Shown here piece after piece: positions 21,249-30,745 of a stretch of DNA of 64,000 nt. Source of the stretch: an uncultured virus (IMG/VR IMGVR_UViG_2061766007_000872) (lineage: Duplodnaviria; Heunggongvirae; Uroviricota; Caudoviricetes); the IMG/VR virus record IMGVR_UViG_2061766007_000872; one strand, written 5' to 3'. Each line of letters opens with the position of its first letter. Position 1 is the first letter of the stretch. The notes beneath the pieces were generated by a model. It searched no databases and was not told where the DNA came from. It was given only the letters and a program-made list of their open reading frames with translations. The translations under genes and the position numbers were made by a program.

Positions 21249-21652
21249 TGCTAATGTATCTAGATGAGCATCTTAGCAAAGAGTTTGTTGAAAACTTTGT
21301 TATAAAGGCATTGATGTTAAAGATAGAAGCATCAGTGATAGATGCTAACACTACTAAAATGGATAAGTTTCTTGAAGATACTTATGGAATTAATGTTCAA
21401 ACAATTGTTGACAATATTAAAATCAAAGCATCAAAAGTTAATGACCATTGGAGTGTAAGCATAGATGATAACATAATTGAGCCAAAAAGTCAAGAAAAAG
21501 TTATATCATTAGTTAAATTAATTGAATATGGTAATCTTGAAATTAGAGGATTACATATTATAGATGCTTCATTTAAATACATAAAAGAACATCTATATGC
21601 ACTCTATAAGTTTTATGTGATGAAAGGAGGTAAAGCAAATGAAGACCAATAA
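21248..21652 (+). CDS. Hypothetical protein (tail-completion region)
   Basis: Coupled ORF with AGGAG RBS. Confidence 0.6.
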   Translation: MLMYLDEHLSKEFVENFVIKALMLKIEASVIDANTTKMDKFLEDTYGINVQTIVDNIKIKASKVNDHWSVSIDDNIIEPKSQEKVISLVKLIEYGNLEIRGLHIIDASFKYIKEHLYALYKFYVMKGGKANEDQ

Positions 21653-22340
21653 CAATAGTCAACCAGCAGGTGCAGGTCTCTATGATGAAGCACTTGCAAA
21701 TAAGATTAAAAATTGGTTGAAGGACAAATCTATTGAAGTCTTAAAGCCAGATGAAACAAATAGGCTTTTTAAGATGAAAGCAGACCAAAGAGCAGATAAG
21801 CCAATTACTCTACCTCTTATTGCATTATCCAGAAAGTCTCGTGTTCCAATTCTCAATACTGGAAAGAGACCGATGAGTTATGATGGTTTCAAAATCTTTG
21901 CATATAATGAAGATGGTACACTTGCAGATTTCAACAGTAAGCAAATGCAAAAATTAAATGCCATTCCTATTCAAATAGATTATCAACTTGATATCTATAC
22001 TGCTAACTTTTCAGAAGCAGATGAATATGCAAGGAACTTCATCTTCAACTTCATTAATTATCCAAATGTGAAAATTGAAATACCATATAACAATTGTAAA
22101 CTAATTCATGAGTCTACAGTTTACATTGATGAAAGTTTTGAAGATACAAGTGATATTCCACAAAGACTAGTTCCTGGTGAGTTCACAAGATTTACATTGA
22201 ATCTTTCAATAGACAATGCATATCTATTCAGTGCACCAGTAAAAGATAATGTATCTATCTCAAAAGTTGAACTGCAAGTCAAGAATAATGATACAGAAGT
22301 ATTAGAGCAATATGATATATTGCCTAAAGAAGAAATTTAA
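21639..22340 (+). CDS. Tail terminator / sheath stabiliser (T4 gp15-like)
   Basis: LPLIALSR...PIQIDYQLDIYT...RFTLNLSID; immediately before the sheath gene. Confidence 0.65.
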   Translation: MKTNNNSQPAGAGLYDEALANKIKNWLKDKSIEVLKPDETNRLFKMKADQRADKPITLPLIALSRKSRVPILNTGKRPMSYDGFKIFAYNEDGTLADFNSKQMQKLNAIPIQIDYQLDIYTANFSEADEYARNFIFNFINYPNVKIEIPYNNCKLIHESTVYIDESFEDTSDIPQRLVPGEFTRFTLNLSIDNAYLFSAPVKDNVSISKVELQVKNNDTEVLEQYDILPKEEI

Positions 22341-22341
22341 T

Positions 22342-22358
22342 TGCTAAATTTAATGATA
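22342..22358 (+). promoter_or_regulatory. TGCTAAATT motif, putative late promoter
   Basis: TGCTAAATTTAATGATA before the sheath gene. Confidence 0.75.
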
Positions 22359-22406
22359 AATTATATTTAGAATTGAATAAATACAATTTAAATAAGGAGA
22401 AATAAA

Positions 22407-23663
22407 ATGCCAAAAATTAGAATTAGAGAAGTTGATAATACTGGCACAGTAAGTCCATCTGAAGTTCCAAATGTTGTCTACATTCCTGGCCCTGCTCTTA
22501 CTGATGCTGTTGCTCCAAAACTTTTCACTAATGCAAAAGCATTCCATAATGAAGTTCATGCTTCAGGTAGTGGCTATGAATTAGATTCATTATCCGAAAA
22601 AATGGCCTATCATTTATTAACATTAGGTATGCATGTTATATATGAAGGTGTTGAAGTTGATAGCGTTACAGGTGAACCAGATTCAGAAACATGGAGTGAT
22701 GTTTGGGATAGATTAGTTGATAAGAACTTATTTGATGTAAGATTTTTAACAGCAGGTCAATTCCTTTTAGGTAAAGATGGTGAACAATCTACCTATAGTG
22801 AAAATGCATACAAGATGATTGAATGTGCTGCAACAAGATGCGATGCAGTTGCATTACTAGACTTTAAAACAGAAAATGACACCGTAGATGAATATAGAGA
22901 ATTTGCAGAAGATGTTGAAAATGCTGCGTCTTCAACATTGGAACTTGCTACAACAAAAGACCCTGCTTCATTTGCGGCAGCATTTGCTCCTAAATGGACT
23001 GGTTATGTCAAGACAGAAGATGGCACTGAACAAATTGAAAATCTTCCACCATCCTTTGCATACTTATGTGCATTTGCAAGAAGTGTTAAAGAAAATCCAA
23101 TGTGGTATGCAGTTGCAGGCTCATTCAGAGGTGTTATTCCAGAATTAGTTGAAGTTAATAAGAAGTATACAACAGCAGATGTTGAAATGCTTCAAGCGAG
23201 AAGTAAAACAGTTGAGGTAGCACTAGATGAATCTGGTGATAATGTTGGTGTTGCTATCAATCCAATTGCTTATAGAAGACCATTTGGTTATCTTATCTAT
23301 GGTGATAGAACATTAAGAAAAAACACAGCAGATGATGCAGGTGTCGGTGTCTTAAAAGCAACATCATTCTTGAATTGTAGAATTCTTTCTACAGAAGTTG
23401 CTAAAATTTCTTACAATGCTTCTAATAAATATCAATTTGAACAAAATAGTGAAACTCTCTGGACAAACTTCATATCTTACATCTTACCAACACTTGATAG
23501 AATGGCAACAGGAAATGGCATTTTAGACTATAAAATTGAAAGGATTGCTACTAATAAGAAAGCAAGACTTAGTGCTAGAATTTCATTAGAACCAATTGAA
23601 CCAGTAGAAGACTTTGATATTGAAATAGAATTAACTGATAGTATTTCAGTTAGTGCATCTTAA
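22407..23663 (+). CDS. Tail sheath protein
   Basis: MPKIRIREVD N-terminus; W..AG..RG; INPI...LIYGDRTL...FLNCR...FEQN..LW C-terminal sheath motifs. Confidence 0.9.
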   Translation: MPKIRIREVDNTGTVSPSEVPNVVYIPGPALTDAVAPKLFTNAKAFHNEVHASGSGYELDSLSEKMAYHLLTLGMHVIYEGVEVDSVTGEPDSETWSDVWDRLVDKNLFDVRFLTAGQFLLGKDGEQSTYSENAYKMIECAATRCDAVALLDFKTENDTVDEYREFAEDVENAASSTLELATTKDPASFAAAFAPKWTGYVKTEDGTEQIENLPPSFAYLCAFARSVKENPMWYAVAGSFRGVIPELVEVNKKYTTADVEMLQARSKTVEVALDESGDNVGVAINPIAYRRPFGYLIYGDRTLRKNTADDAGVGVLKATSFLNCRILSTEVAKISYNASNKYQFEQNSETLWTNFISYILPTLDRMATGNGILDYKIERIATNKKARLSARISLEPIEPVEDFDIEIELTDSISVSAS

Positions 23664-23678
23664 TAAAGGAGATAGAAT

Positions 23679-24269
23679 ATGGCAGAAAATACAGGCACAT
23701 ACCATCTTGCGGATAATCCAAAACTTTATGAACCAGCAAGAAGTAATAACTTTGAATTTCAAGTTACTGGTATTGATAGACTTTTAAAAGCAGGTGTTAA
23801 GGCTAGTGGTTTAACAGATGAAAATAATTACATCACAAATGGTCAAGAAACAATAAAGATTTCCGTTGATGCATCTTCTGTTCCACACTTCACTCTTGGT
23901 GTCATTGATATCAAGAGAGGTAATAACACAATGCATGTTGCAGGTACTCCAACATTTGATAATCACACATTGATTTTAAATGACTATATTGGTGCTAAGA
24001 CAAAAGATGTCTTATTGGCTTGGCAAGCACAAGCATATGATGTTAGAACAGAAAAAGTTCATACAATGGATAAGTACAAACATGATTGTTGGTTGTATGA
24101 ATATTCTCCAGACTATGATACAGTCATTAGAAAATGGAGAATGGTTGGTTGTTGGATTAGTGGCATTAATGAAGACAACTTCAGTCATGAAAACAATGAA
24201 AAGAGACAACTCACTGCTACGATTATCTATGATAAAGCCATTCCAATGGGTGCTGATGAAGTAGAATAG
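23679..24269 (+). CDS. Tail tube protein (T4 gp19-like)
   Basis: R.NNFE...VP...AGTPTF...W...YK...W.MVGCW...ATIIYD; follows the sheath gene. Confidence 0.85.
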   Translation: MAENTGTYHLADNPKLYEPARSNNFEFQVTGIDRLLKAGVKASGLTDENNYITNGQETIKISVDASSVPHFTLGVIDIKRGNNTMHVAGTPTFDNHTLILNDYIGAKTKDVLLAWQAQAYDVRTEKVHTMDKYKHDCWLYEYSPDYDTVIRKWRMVGCWISGINEDNFSHENNEKRQLTATIIYDKAIPMGADEVE

Positions 24270-24286
24270 TTTAGTAAAACAAATTT

Positions 24287-24313
24287 AAAAGAGGTCTTAA
24301 TTGACCTCTTTTT
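24287..24313. terminator. Bidirectional intrinsic terminator
   Basis: AAAAGAGGTC-TTAATT-GACCTCTTTTT between convergent genes. Confidence 0.85.
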
Positions 24314-24343
24314 GTTTATTTAATATTGCTATTACTTGAGAAG

Positions 24344-24724
24344 TTACTTTGCAACTCTAACAGTGCACCAACTAATTGTACGTCTTGTTTCACCAATGAC
24401 TGAATAGTAGTCATACTTGTCTTCTTCAAAATCTGCTAATTTAGCCATCTGACTTACAAAATCAAAGTACTCTGACATTGGCTTAGTAACTAATTCTACT
24501 TTATTACTAAGTTTGAGTTCTTCAAGTTCTTCTTTACTTGCTTCTTTTAATGCTAAACTGCTTGCATCATGATTTTTATAGAATCTATTGAAATGTTCTC
24601 TTAACCAAAATTTCTTATAGTGAACTTCGTCATAACTACCTGAGGTACTAATAAGATAGTTTTTTGTAATGGTTGGATGTCCTTCAAATTTTGACCTTAA
24701 TGGTAATTGTTGAATTGTTTTCAT
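24344..24724 (-). CDS. Hypothetical protein with its own sigmaA promoter
   Basis: 126 aa ORF; GAGGG RBS; promoter at 24755-24783. Confidence 0.7.
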   Translation of the reverse strand: MKTIQQLPLRSKFEGHPTITKNYLISTSGSYDEVHYKKFWLREHFNRFYKNHDASSLALKEASKEELEELKLSNKVELVTKPMSEYFDFVSQMAKLADFEEDKYDYYSVIGETRRTISWCTVRVAK

Positions 24725-24754
24725 AATTTTACTTCCCTCAATCTTTACTCTTCT

Positions 24755-24783
24755 ATTATAATAGTGTTTTGATGTTATGTCAA
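24755..24783 (-). promoter_or_regulatory. Consensus sigmaA promoter
   Basis: TTGACA-17 nt-TATAAT on the minus strand. Confidence 0.85.
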
Positions 24784-24998
24784 TATAATTTTATTTTGCC
24801 CATCTTTAAGCAATCTTTTAGATAGTCAAATTCTTTTGGACTCAAAAAGTAGTCTTGTTCATATACGCCACCATAATTGTAATTAAATAAGCAAGATGCA
24901 CCTTTTAAAGCAATAGCATTGACTCTTTTTTCTTGAAATATTTTTTCTGCTTTAGAGTCATTGATTTCAACTTTGAATAATCCACATGTTGTAGTCAT
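24780..24998 (-). CDS. Hypothetical protein with its own sigmaA promoter
   Basis: 72 aa ORF; GAGGA RBS. Confidence 0.65.
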   Translation of the reverse strand: MTTTCGLFKVEINDSKAEKIFQEKRVNAIALKGASCLFNYNYGGVYEQDYFLSPKEFDYLKDCLKMGKIKLY

Positions 24999-25026
24999 AA
25001 ATTGTTCCTCAAACTTCTACAATACT

Positions 25027-25055
25027 ATTATATAAGTGTATCAAGGAGATGTAAA
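25027..25055 (-). promoter_or_regulatory. sigmaA promoter
   Basis: TTTACA-17 nt-TATAAT on the minus strand. Confidence 0.7.
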
Positions 25056-25084
25056 GTATATTTTTAAAATTTTTTAAAAATGAT

Positions 25085-25101
25085 TGCTAAATTAGATGAG
25101 A
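25085..25101 (+). promoter_or_regulatory. TGCTAAATT motif, putative late promoter
   Basis: TGCTAAATTAGATGAGA. Confidence 0.65.
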
Positions 25102-25123
25102 TAATTGAAAGGAAGCAATACTC

Positions 25124-25306
25124 ATGATTAAAAAAGAAGATGAAAGAGAACTAAAGATTATAGGTGTTCAGTTACCTAAACATCTTAGAAAACCATTAGA
25201 AGAAGAGGCTGGATATATGTGTTTATCCATTTCAGCAATGATTAGATTAATACTAGCACAGAGATATAGAGATGATGCTAAATTTAATGATGTGGAGGGT
25301 GATTAA
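25124..25306 (+). CDS. Ribbon-helix-helix DNA-binding protein
   Basis: IIGVQLPKHLRKPLEEEA...LSISAMIRLIL matches the CopG/Arc pattern. Confidence 0.65.
   Translation: MIKKEDERELKIIGVQLPKHLRKPLEEEAGYMCLSISAMIRLILAQRYRDDAKFNDVEGD
25276..25292 (+). promoter_or_regulatory. TGCTAAATT motif embedded in the 3' end of the RHH gene
   Basis: TGCTAAATTTAATGATG, 33 nt before ATG 25309. Confidence 0.65.
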
Positions 25307-25308
25307 TT

Positions 25309-26064
25309 ATGGTTAAGAATTCCACAACTATTACAGAAAGATATACCCTTCCATCAAAAGGATTAATCTATGGTGAAAAGTTCAATCCAACAGTAACTTT
25401 GAGAAGTTGGACAACTGAAGAAGAGATGCTTAGATGTTCACCAAATGAACTTGAGTATGAAAACATGGCGAAAGTCATTGATGCATGTATAATGGAAGAA
25501 TTACCAATATCAGCATATGATATGTGTGTAGGTGATTATACATTCCTTCTTCATAAGTTAAGAATTGTATCTAAAGGTAAAATTTATCCTATGGTTGTAC
25601 AATGTCCAAATTGTGGTGAAATTGTCAAAGCAGATGTTAATTTAGATACTGAACTTGTTCATGAGTTTGACCCAGATAAGGGTTTAGACAATGAAATTAC
25701 ATTACCTATTTCCGGTGATGTGATTAAGTTGTCATTACAAACACCTAGAAAGATAGATGAAGTTAAGATAAAAGCCAAGGAAAAGAAAAAGAAAACTGGT
25801 CTTAATCTTGATTATTCTATCATGTATTCAGCAATGTCTTATGTTAGTAAAGTTAATGGGAAAGTTTTTAACGAAGTTGAACTTGAAAATTACATCAGAA
25901 AACTTAACATTGAAGACTTGAATACAATTAGACTCAAAGGTTTAGAATTAGATGGAAAGGTAGGGTTAGACAATTCAGTAATTGCTAAGTGTAAGAACTG
26001 TAATTATGAAATTGTCACAGCCTTTCGCGAACAACCAAACTTTCTTGGACCCGTTGTATACTGA
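25309..26064 (+). CDS. Baseplate hub/tail assembly chaperone (T4 gp26-like)
   Basis: YTLPSKG..Y...LR..T.EEE...GD..FLL..LR..S.G...CPNC...CKNC. Confidence 0.75.
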   Translation: MVKNSTTITERYTLPSKGLIYGEKFNPTVTLRSWTTEEEMLRCSPNELEYENMAKVIDACIMEELPISAYDMCVGDYTFLLHKLRIVSKGKIYPMVVQCPNCGEIVKADVNLDTELVHEFDPDKGLDNEITLPISGDVIKLSLQTPRKIDEVKIKAKEKKKKTGLNLDYSIMYSAMSYVSKVNGKVFNEVELENYIRKLNIEDLNTIRLKGLELDGKVGLDNSVIAKCKNCNYEIVTAFREQPNFLGPVVY

Positions 26065-26278
26065 GAATGGTGAACCTTATGGTCCTGCAAGATATAGAAG
26101 ACTTATGCAAGAGTGCTTCTTAATAAGTAAGAATATGAACACATCTTATAGTGATGTTAAGAAGATAACACCAAGAGAAAGAGAGCAACTAATCAATTTC
26201 TTATTAGAAGATTATAAAGAGNNNNNNNNNNNNNNNNNNNNNNNNNNNCAAGAACAAATGAACATTAAAAAGAAGTAG
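26042..26278 (+). CDS. Tail assembly chaperone C-terminal part (gp51/GT-like); start uncertain, possibly reached by frameshift
   Basis: +1 frame overlapping the end of the previous gene; SYSDVKKITPREREQLINFL helix pattern; directly before the tape measure gene. Confidence 0.55.
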   Translation, partial: FLDPLYTENGEPYGPARYRRLMQECFLISKNMNTSYSDVKKITPREREQLINFLLEDYKEXXXXXXXXXQEQMNIKKK

Positions 26279-26291
26279 TTGAGGAAAATGT

Positions 26292-28415
26292 ATGGCCAAG
26301 AAAAATAATGATAAAGTCAGTTTAATGGATAAAAGTGAATTTAAGACATTAGATGAATTTTTTAAGGCTGAAGAAAATAACATTAAAAAAGTTCAACAAC
26401 TTCGTTTAAANNNNNNNNNNGCACAAGAAAGAGAGATGAGAAATTTTGTCAGAAGATGGACTGATGAAGAAGAAACTCTTAGAAAATCAGGCATTAAAGA
26501 TTTGCATGAATATCAAATGCATCTTATTAAACAGAGAAATGAAGAAGATTACAAGAGAAGACTTGAAGTTGAGAATAAAATCTACAAGCAACAAGTTGAG
26601 AACTCAAAGAAGTCTGTTCAAAAACAAAAGATACAAGATGCAATTAATCATAAAGAAGATAACCAAGCATGGCTTAAACTTTATGATAAGTTAGATGCTG
26701 AAGGAAAGTTAACATCTGACAAAAAAGAAGATAGAAAAAGAAGACAAGAAGAATTAAACTTAGCAAATAAGTCATTAAAAGAACAACAAAAACAAACTGC
26801 ATTATCTAAGATGATGAATGCAACAATGAATGCAACATTAAATGCAGTTAATACAGGTATTAATACATATGCTAAGTATCAAGGTGGTATTAATGCTAGA
26901 CTTCAAGGCTCTAATCTTGGAGGTAGATTACCTTCTGAATTGAGATTTGGAACAAATGCATTTGGTGTTCTTGAGAATAGATTGAATACAGCAGTTGGCA
27001 TTCAACCATACGTTAAGACAGAAGCAATGCTTACAAATCTTGATGAACTTGTTAAGACTGGTATTGCTGCCAATGTTGAACAAAGAGCATTTTTAAATAC
27101 AGTAAAAGACAACATTGCAGAGACTTTTGATGCAGCAAATAGTTCTTTATTAAGAATTATAAGATTGCAACAGCATGATAGCACTGCAGCACGTTTAGGT
27201 ATGGAAGCATACTTGACTAGATTCTTAAACCAAATGGTTGAGAATACAGAGTATTTAAGTACTACTTTTGATAGTGTTGAAGAAGCATTAATTGAAGCAT
27301 CTTCTCAAATGACTATGCAAGCATCCACTGAATTTGAATATGTTGTTCAAAAATGGTTAGGTGCTCTTACTGGAACAGGTTTATCAGAAAACACTGCAAC
27401 TCAACTTGCTCAAGCAATTGGCTACTTAGGAAGTGGTAATGTTGAAGGCTTTGGTAGTTCAAGTATGCAAGGACTTTTAACAATAGCAGCAAGTAGAAGT
27501 GGTCTTGATATTGGCTCAATATTGAACAACGGATTAAATGCAAAAACAACAAATACTTTATTAAATGCTATTGCTAATTATATGGTTGAAATTGGTGGAA
27601 ATTCAAGTAATGTTGTGAGGTCAAGTTTGGCTCAAACATTTGGATTAAACATTTCAGATATCAGAGCAGCACAACAATTAGCAGGTAGTTTCGGTGCTAT
27701 TAATAGAAACATGCTATCTTATGGTGGAATGTATGGAGCATTGAATCAACAAATGCTTGCTCTTCCAGGTAGAATTTCAACTGCAGAGATGATTCAAAAT
27801 TTATTTGATAACTCATTCTTCTCATTAGCAGAAAATATTGCTTCAAACCCGGCATTAGCCGCAATTTGGAGAATTACAGATTTAATTGAATCTACTACTG
27901 GTGGTATTAATATCCCAGCAATTGAAGCCTTAACAGTTGGCACAGGTGGTATGCTTGATATGAATGCTACTGTTGAACAATTAATGAAGTTAGGTATTGT
28001 TGGTATTGGCTCATTAGGAATGATTGGTGATATTATTAGTGGCTTAGGTTCAACTATGATGCCTTCATCAATGCTTCAAAAGTTAGGTATTTTTGGTGGA
28101 AATACTGCAATAGTTAGAGGAAATGGTTTAACCTCAATGCTAAGTGGCTTTTCTACATCTCAATCTTCATTTGTAGGTAATTCTGCAGGTGGTGATGTTT
28201 ATCAACAAACATTACAAGGTAGTATGGAAAGTGCTCAGAATGATGAGACACTTCAACCTCAACAAGAACAAGGTGATACAGAGATACTTCCAAATATAGA
28301 TAGAAATGTCAATGAAATAATGGAAACATTGAAACGTATTGAACAAAGACTTGATGGTGAATTTGAAGTTAGAAGTTCAAGCACATTACCTCCATATGGT
28401 GGACTATTAGTGTAG
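26292..28415 (+). CDS. Tape measure protein
   Basis: Charged coiled-coil N-terminus, then Ala/Gly/Leu-rich helical body; position after the chaperones. Confidence 0.75.
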   Translation: MAKKNNDKVSLMDKSEFKTLDEFFKAEENNIKKVQQLRLXXXXAQEREMRNFVRRWTDEEETLRKSGIKDLHEYQMHLIKQRNEEDYKRRLEVENKIYKQQVENSKKSVQKQKIQDAINHKEDNQAWLKLYDKLDAEGKLTSDKKEDRKRRQEELNLANKSLKEQQKQTALSKMMNATMNATLNAVNTGINTYAKYQGGINARLQGSNLGGRLPSELRFGTNAFGVLENRLNTAVGIQPYVKTEAMLTNLDELVKTGIAANVEQRAFLNTVKDNIAETFDAANSSLLRIIRLQQHDSTAARLGMEAYLTRFLNQMVENTEYLSTTFDSVEEALIEASSQMTMQASTEFEYVVQKWLGALTGTGLSENTATQLAQAIGYLGSGNVEGFGSSSMQGLLTIAASRSGLDIGSILNNGLNAKTTNTLLNAIANYMVEIGGNSSNVVRSSLAQTFGLNISDIRAAQQLAGSFGAINRNMLSYGGMYGALNQQMLALPGRISTAEMIQNLFDNSFFSLAENIASNPALAAIWRITDLIESTTGGINIPAIEALTVGTGGMLDMNATVEQLMKLGIVGIGSLGMIGDIISGLGSTMMPSSMLQKLGIFGGNTAIVRGNGLTSMLSGFSTSQSSFVGNSAGGDVYQQTLQGSMESAQNDETLQPQQEQGDTEILPNIDRNVNEIMETLKRIEQRLDGEFEVRSSSTLPPYGGLLV

Positions 28416-28424
28416 GAGATTATT

Positions 28425-29835
28425 ATGATTAAATTCAATGATGATAACATATATGTTGGATACATAAAAGAATTACTTCACTCTTTTAATCTACCTACAT
28501 GCAAAGTTAAGAAAGACAATAGCAAGTTTGTTCTTGGTGAATACTATATAGATAGAGATTTAGAAGAAGTTCGTGTTGTCACACAACTCAACTCTTCTGG
28601 AGAGATTGTTGATTCACAAAGAATTTGTGATTACAAGTTTAATGATAAAGTTTTAAATCTCACAAAGAATCTTGAAATTAGAAATGCTTACTATGATGCA
28701 TATACACATANNNNNNNNNNNNATTTTTAAGAGATTATCTAGATTTAGATTTAATGCAGATGTACAATTGTTTTTCAAATGAATCTCCTGCAAATATTAA
28801 TATTGAAGTAGTTGATATTAATGATTCTCAATTTAGTTATCCTATTTCAACAAATGATTCATACAATATATTTATGATATCTGTTAAGCCAGATACCACA
28901 TATACATTGTCTTTGGAATANNNNNNNNNNGTGGATTCTATTCAAATAATAAATACATAGAGATGATTAATACTCCTCCAGATTCAACAGATAGTTTAGA
29001 GGCTAAGACATTAAAGACAATTGGTAGTGGATGCTCTTTCAATAGACCAATTATGATTCACATTCCTGCATTAAGTACGGAAGAAGAAATTAGACAAGAA
29101 AGTAATTTAAAATTATTTATTTGTTTACCAAATACATATACAGATAACATTGTTCTTTTAGAAGGTGACTATTCTAAAAATACACAAATCATTATTACTA
29201 ATAGTGGAGAAAAACTTGCTGATGCATTCTTTGAACATAGACCAGAAGCAATGTATCAAAAAGATGGCTATTGGTGGTTCAATGAAATCAATACAGGAAA
29301 GTCAGATACATTAGAGGTGACAAGTTGTGAGTACATTCATGATACTCAGAGATATTTCATTACATTTAGTGATGATTCAACATTCACAACTCCAACTATT
29401 CCTCTTGTGGGAAACTATGATTTTATTACAAGAAATCAATTGATGGAATTTAAAACACCAGTAAAGTACTTACTTGCCGATAGACTAGTTGAATATCTAT
29501 CAGATAATGTCATAACTCATGTAGATGAGATTATAGACAATATAAAGAGAGTTCAAGTATTACTTGCAGGTTATGATGAAAACTTCAAAGATGAGAAGTA
29601 TGGCAAGTGGTCAAGAGATATAAATAAATGGATATATAAATATATCTCAACACATGGAAATAGTGGTGATTTATTTTATAGAGATATCTACAAAGATATT
29701 CTATGTTTTGTTGACAAAGACATTGAGAGTGTTCTTGTGAGTATTAAGAAGTCATTGGTTGAAAATGAAAATAAATCAGATAGAGAGTTAAAAGCATTGA
29801 AATTACTTGATGCTTTAGGAGGTTTGTATGCCTAA
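28425..29835 (+). CDS. Hypothetical tail/baseplate protein (probably one gene split by two N-gaps)
   Basis: ORF fragments break at the gaps 28711-28722 and 28921-28930. Confidence 0.5.
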
Positions 29836-30400
29836 TAATCCAGCATCACCAACAATTAAAAATGTTATTTATCTATATCACACAGATGAGTGGTTACTTT
29901 TACCTGAATGGCCAGATTCAATTATGGACAAGATGGGTTCAACATTTGCAACAACAAATGCTTTAAGTAGAACTGCTCCTGTATTTACTTACTCCTATAG
30001 TGGTCCTAGAGAAGTTCAAGTACAACTCCATTTACACAGGGATATTGTGAGAGATTTAAATATTAACTATGCAAAATGGGGTTTAGAAGAGAATGAAGAT
30101 TTTGTAGAAGCATTGATTAGAAAGTTGCAAGCAATTGCATTACCAAAATACAATGCTTCAAGTAAAGCAGTAGTTCCTCCTATGATAGCAGTTAAATTTG
30201 GTAAAGATATTTTCATCAAAGGTGTTGTCAATAGTGGTGTTTCTATTGAATATCAAAAGCCAATTTTAGATGATGATAAATATTCACAAGTTGTACTCAA
30301 CTTTAGTGTATATGAAGTTGAACCTTATGATGCTGTGAGTGTTGCTAAAGAAGGTTCATTTAGAGGTATAACAAAAGCATTTAGAGAAAAGTTTCAATAG
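29828..30400 (+). CDS. Baseplate/tube-initiator-like protein
   Basis: GSTFA..NALSRTAPVFTYSYSGPREV...PP...FG...KGVV pattern typical of contractile-tail tube initiators. Confidence 0.6.
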   Translation: MPNNPASPTIKNVIYLYHTDEWLLLPEWPDSIMDKMGSTFATTNALSRTAPVFTYSYSGPREVQVQLHLHRDIVRDLNINYAKWGLEENEDFVEALIRKLQAIALPKYNASSKAVVPPMIAVKFGKDIFIKGVVNSGVSIEYQKPILDDDKYSQVVLNFSVYEVEPYDAVSVAKEGSFRGITKAFREKFQ

Positions 30401-30409
30401 GAGATTGAT

Positions 30410-30733
30410 ATGGACGTATTAGATGATAAATCAAAAAAAGCATATTCATATATATCAAGATATGCACCTTTTCCCTATTACTATCACACTAAAGATAAGA
30501 AGTATATCTATGGTATTACTTCATACTTAAAAGAAGATGCTCCTTATGTTCTTCATGATGTCAAAGAAGTTGATACTCTTTTCTCACTTGCTGAACATTA
30601 TTATGGTAGACCAGATTTGTACTGGATTATCGGGGATTACAATAGGATTGTTGATGCAACAATAGAAATATTCGGAAGATACAAAACACTCAAAATTCCG
30701 TCTATTAGCGATATTACATTCAAGCAAGATTAA
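30410..30733 (+). CDS. LysM-like baseplate wedge protein (gp53-like)
   Basis: HDVKEVDTLFSLAEHYYGRPDLYWIIGDYN...LKIP. Confidence 0.8.
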   Translation: MDVLDDKSKKAYSYISRYAPFPYYYHTKDKKYIYGITSYLKEDAPYVLHDVKEVDTLFSLAEHYYGRPDLYWIIGDYNRIVDATIEIFGRYKTLKIPSISDITFKQD

Positions 30734-30745
30734 AGGTAGAAATAC

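Noticed and set aside
6788..28930. Apparent frameshifts/pseudogenes at 6788, 7306, 16455, 20465, 28711 and 28921
   Set aside because: Each break coincides with an N-run of estimated length and coding resumes after it; these are assembly gaps, not biology.
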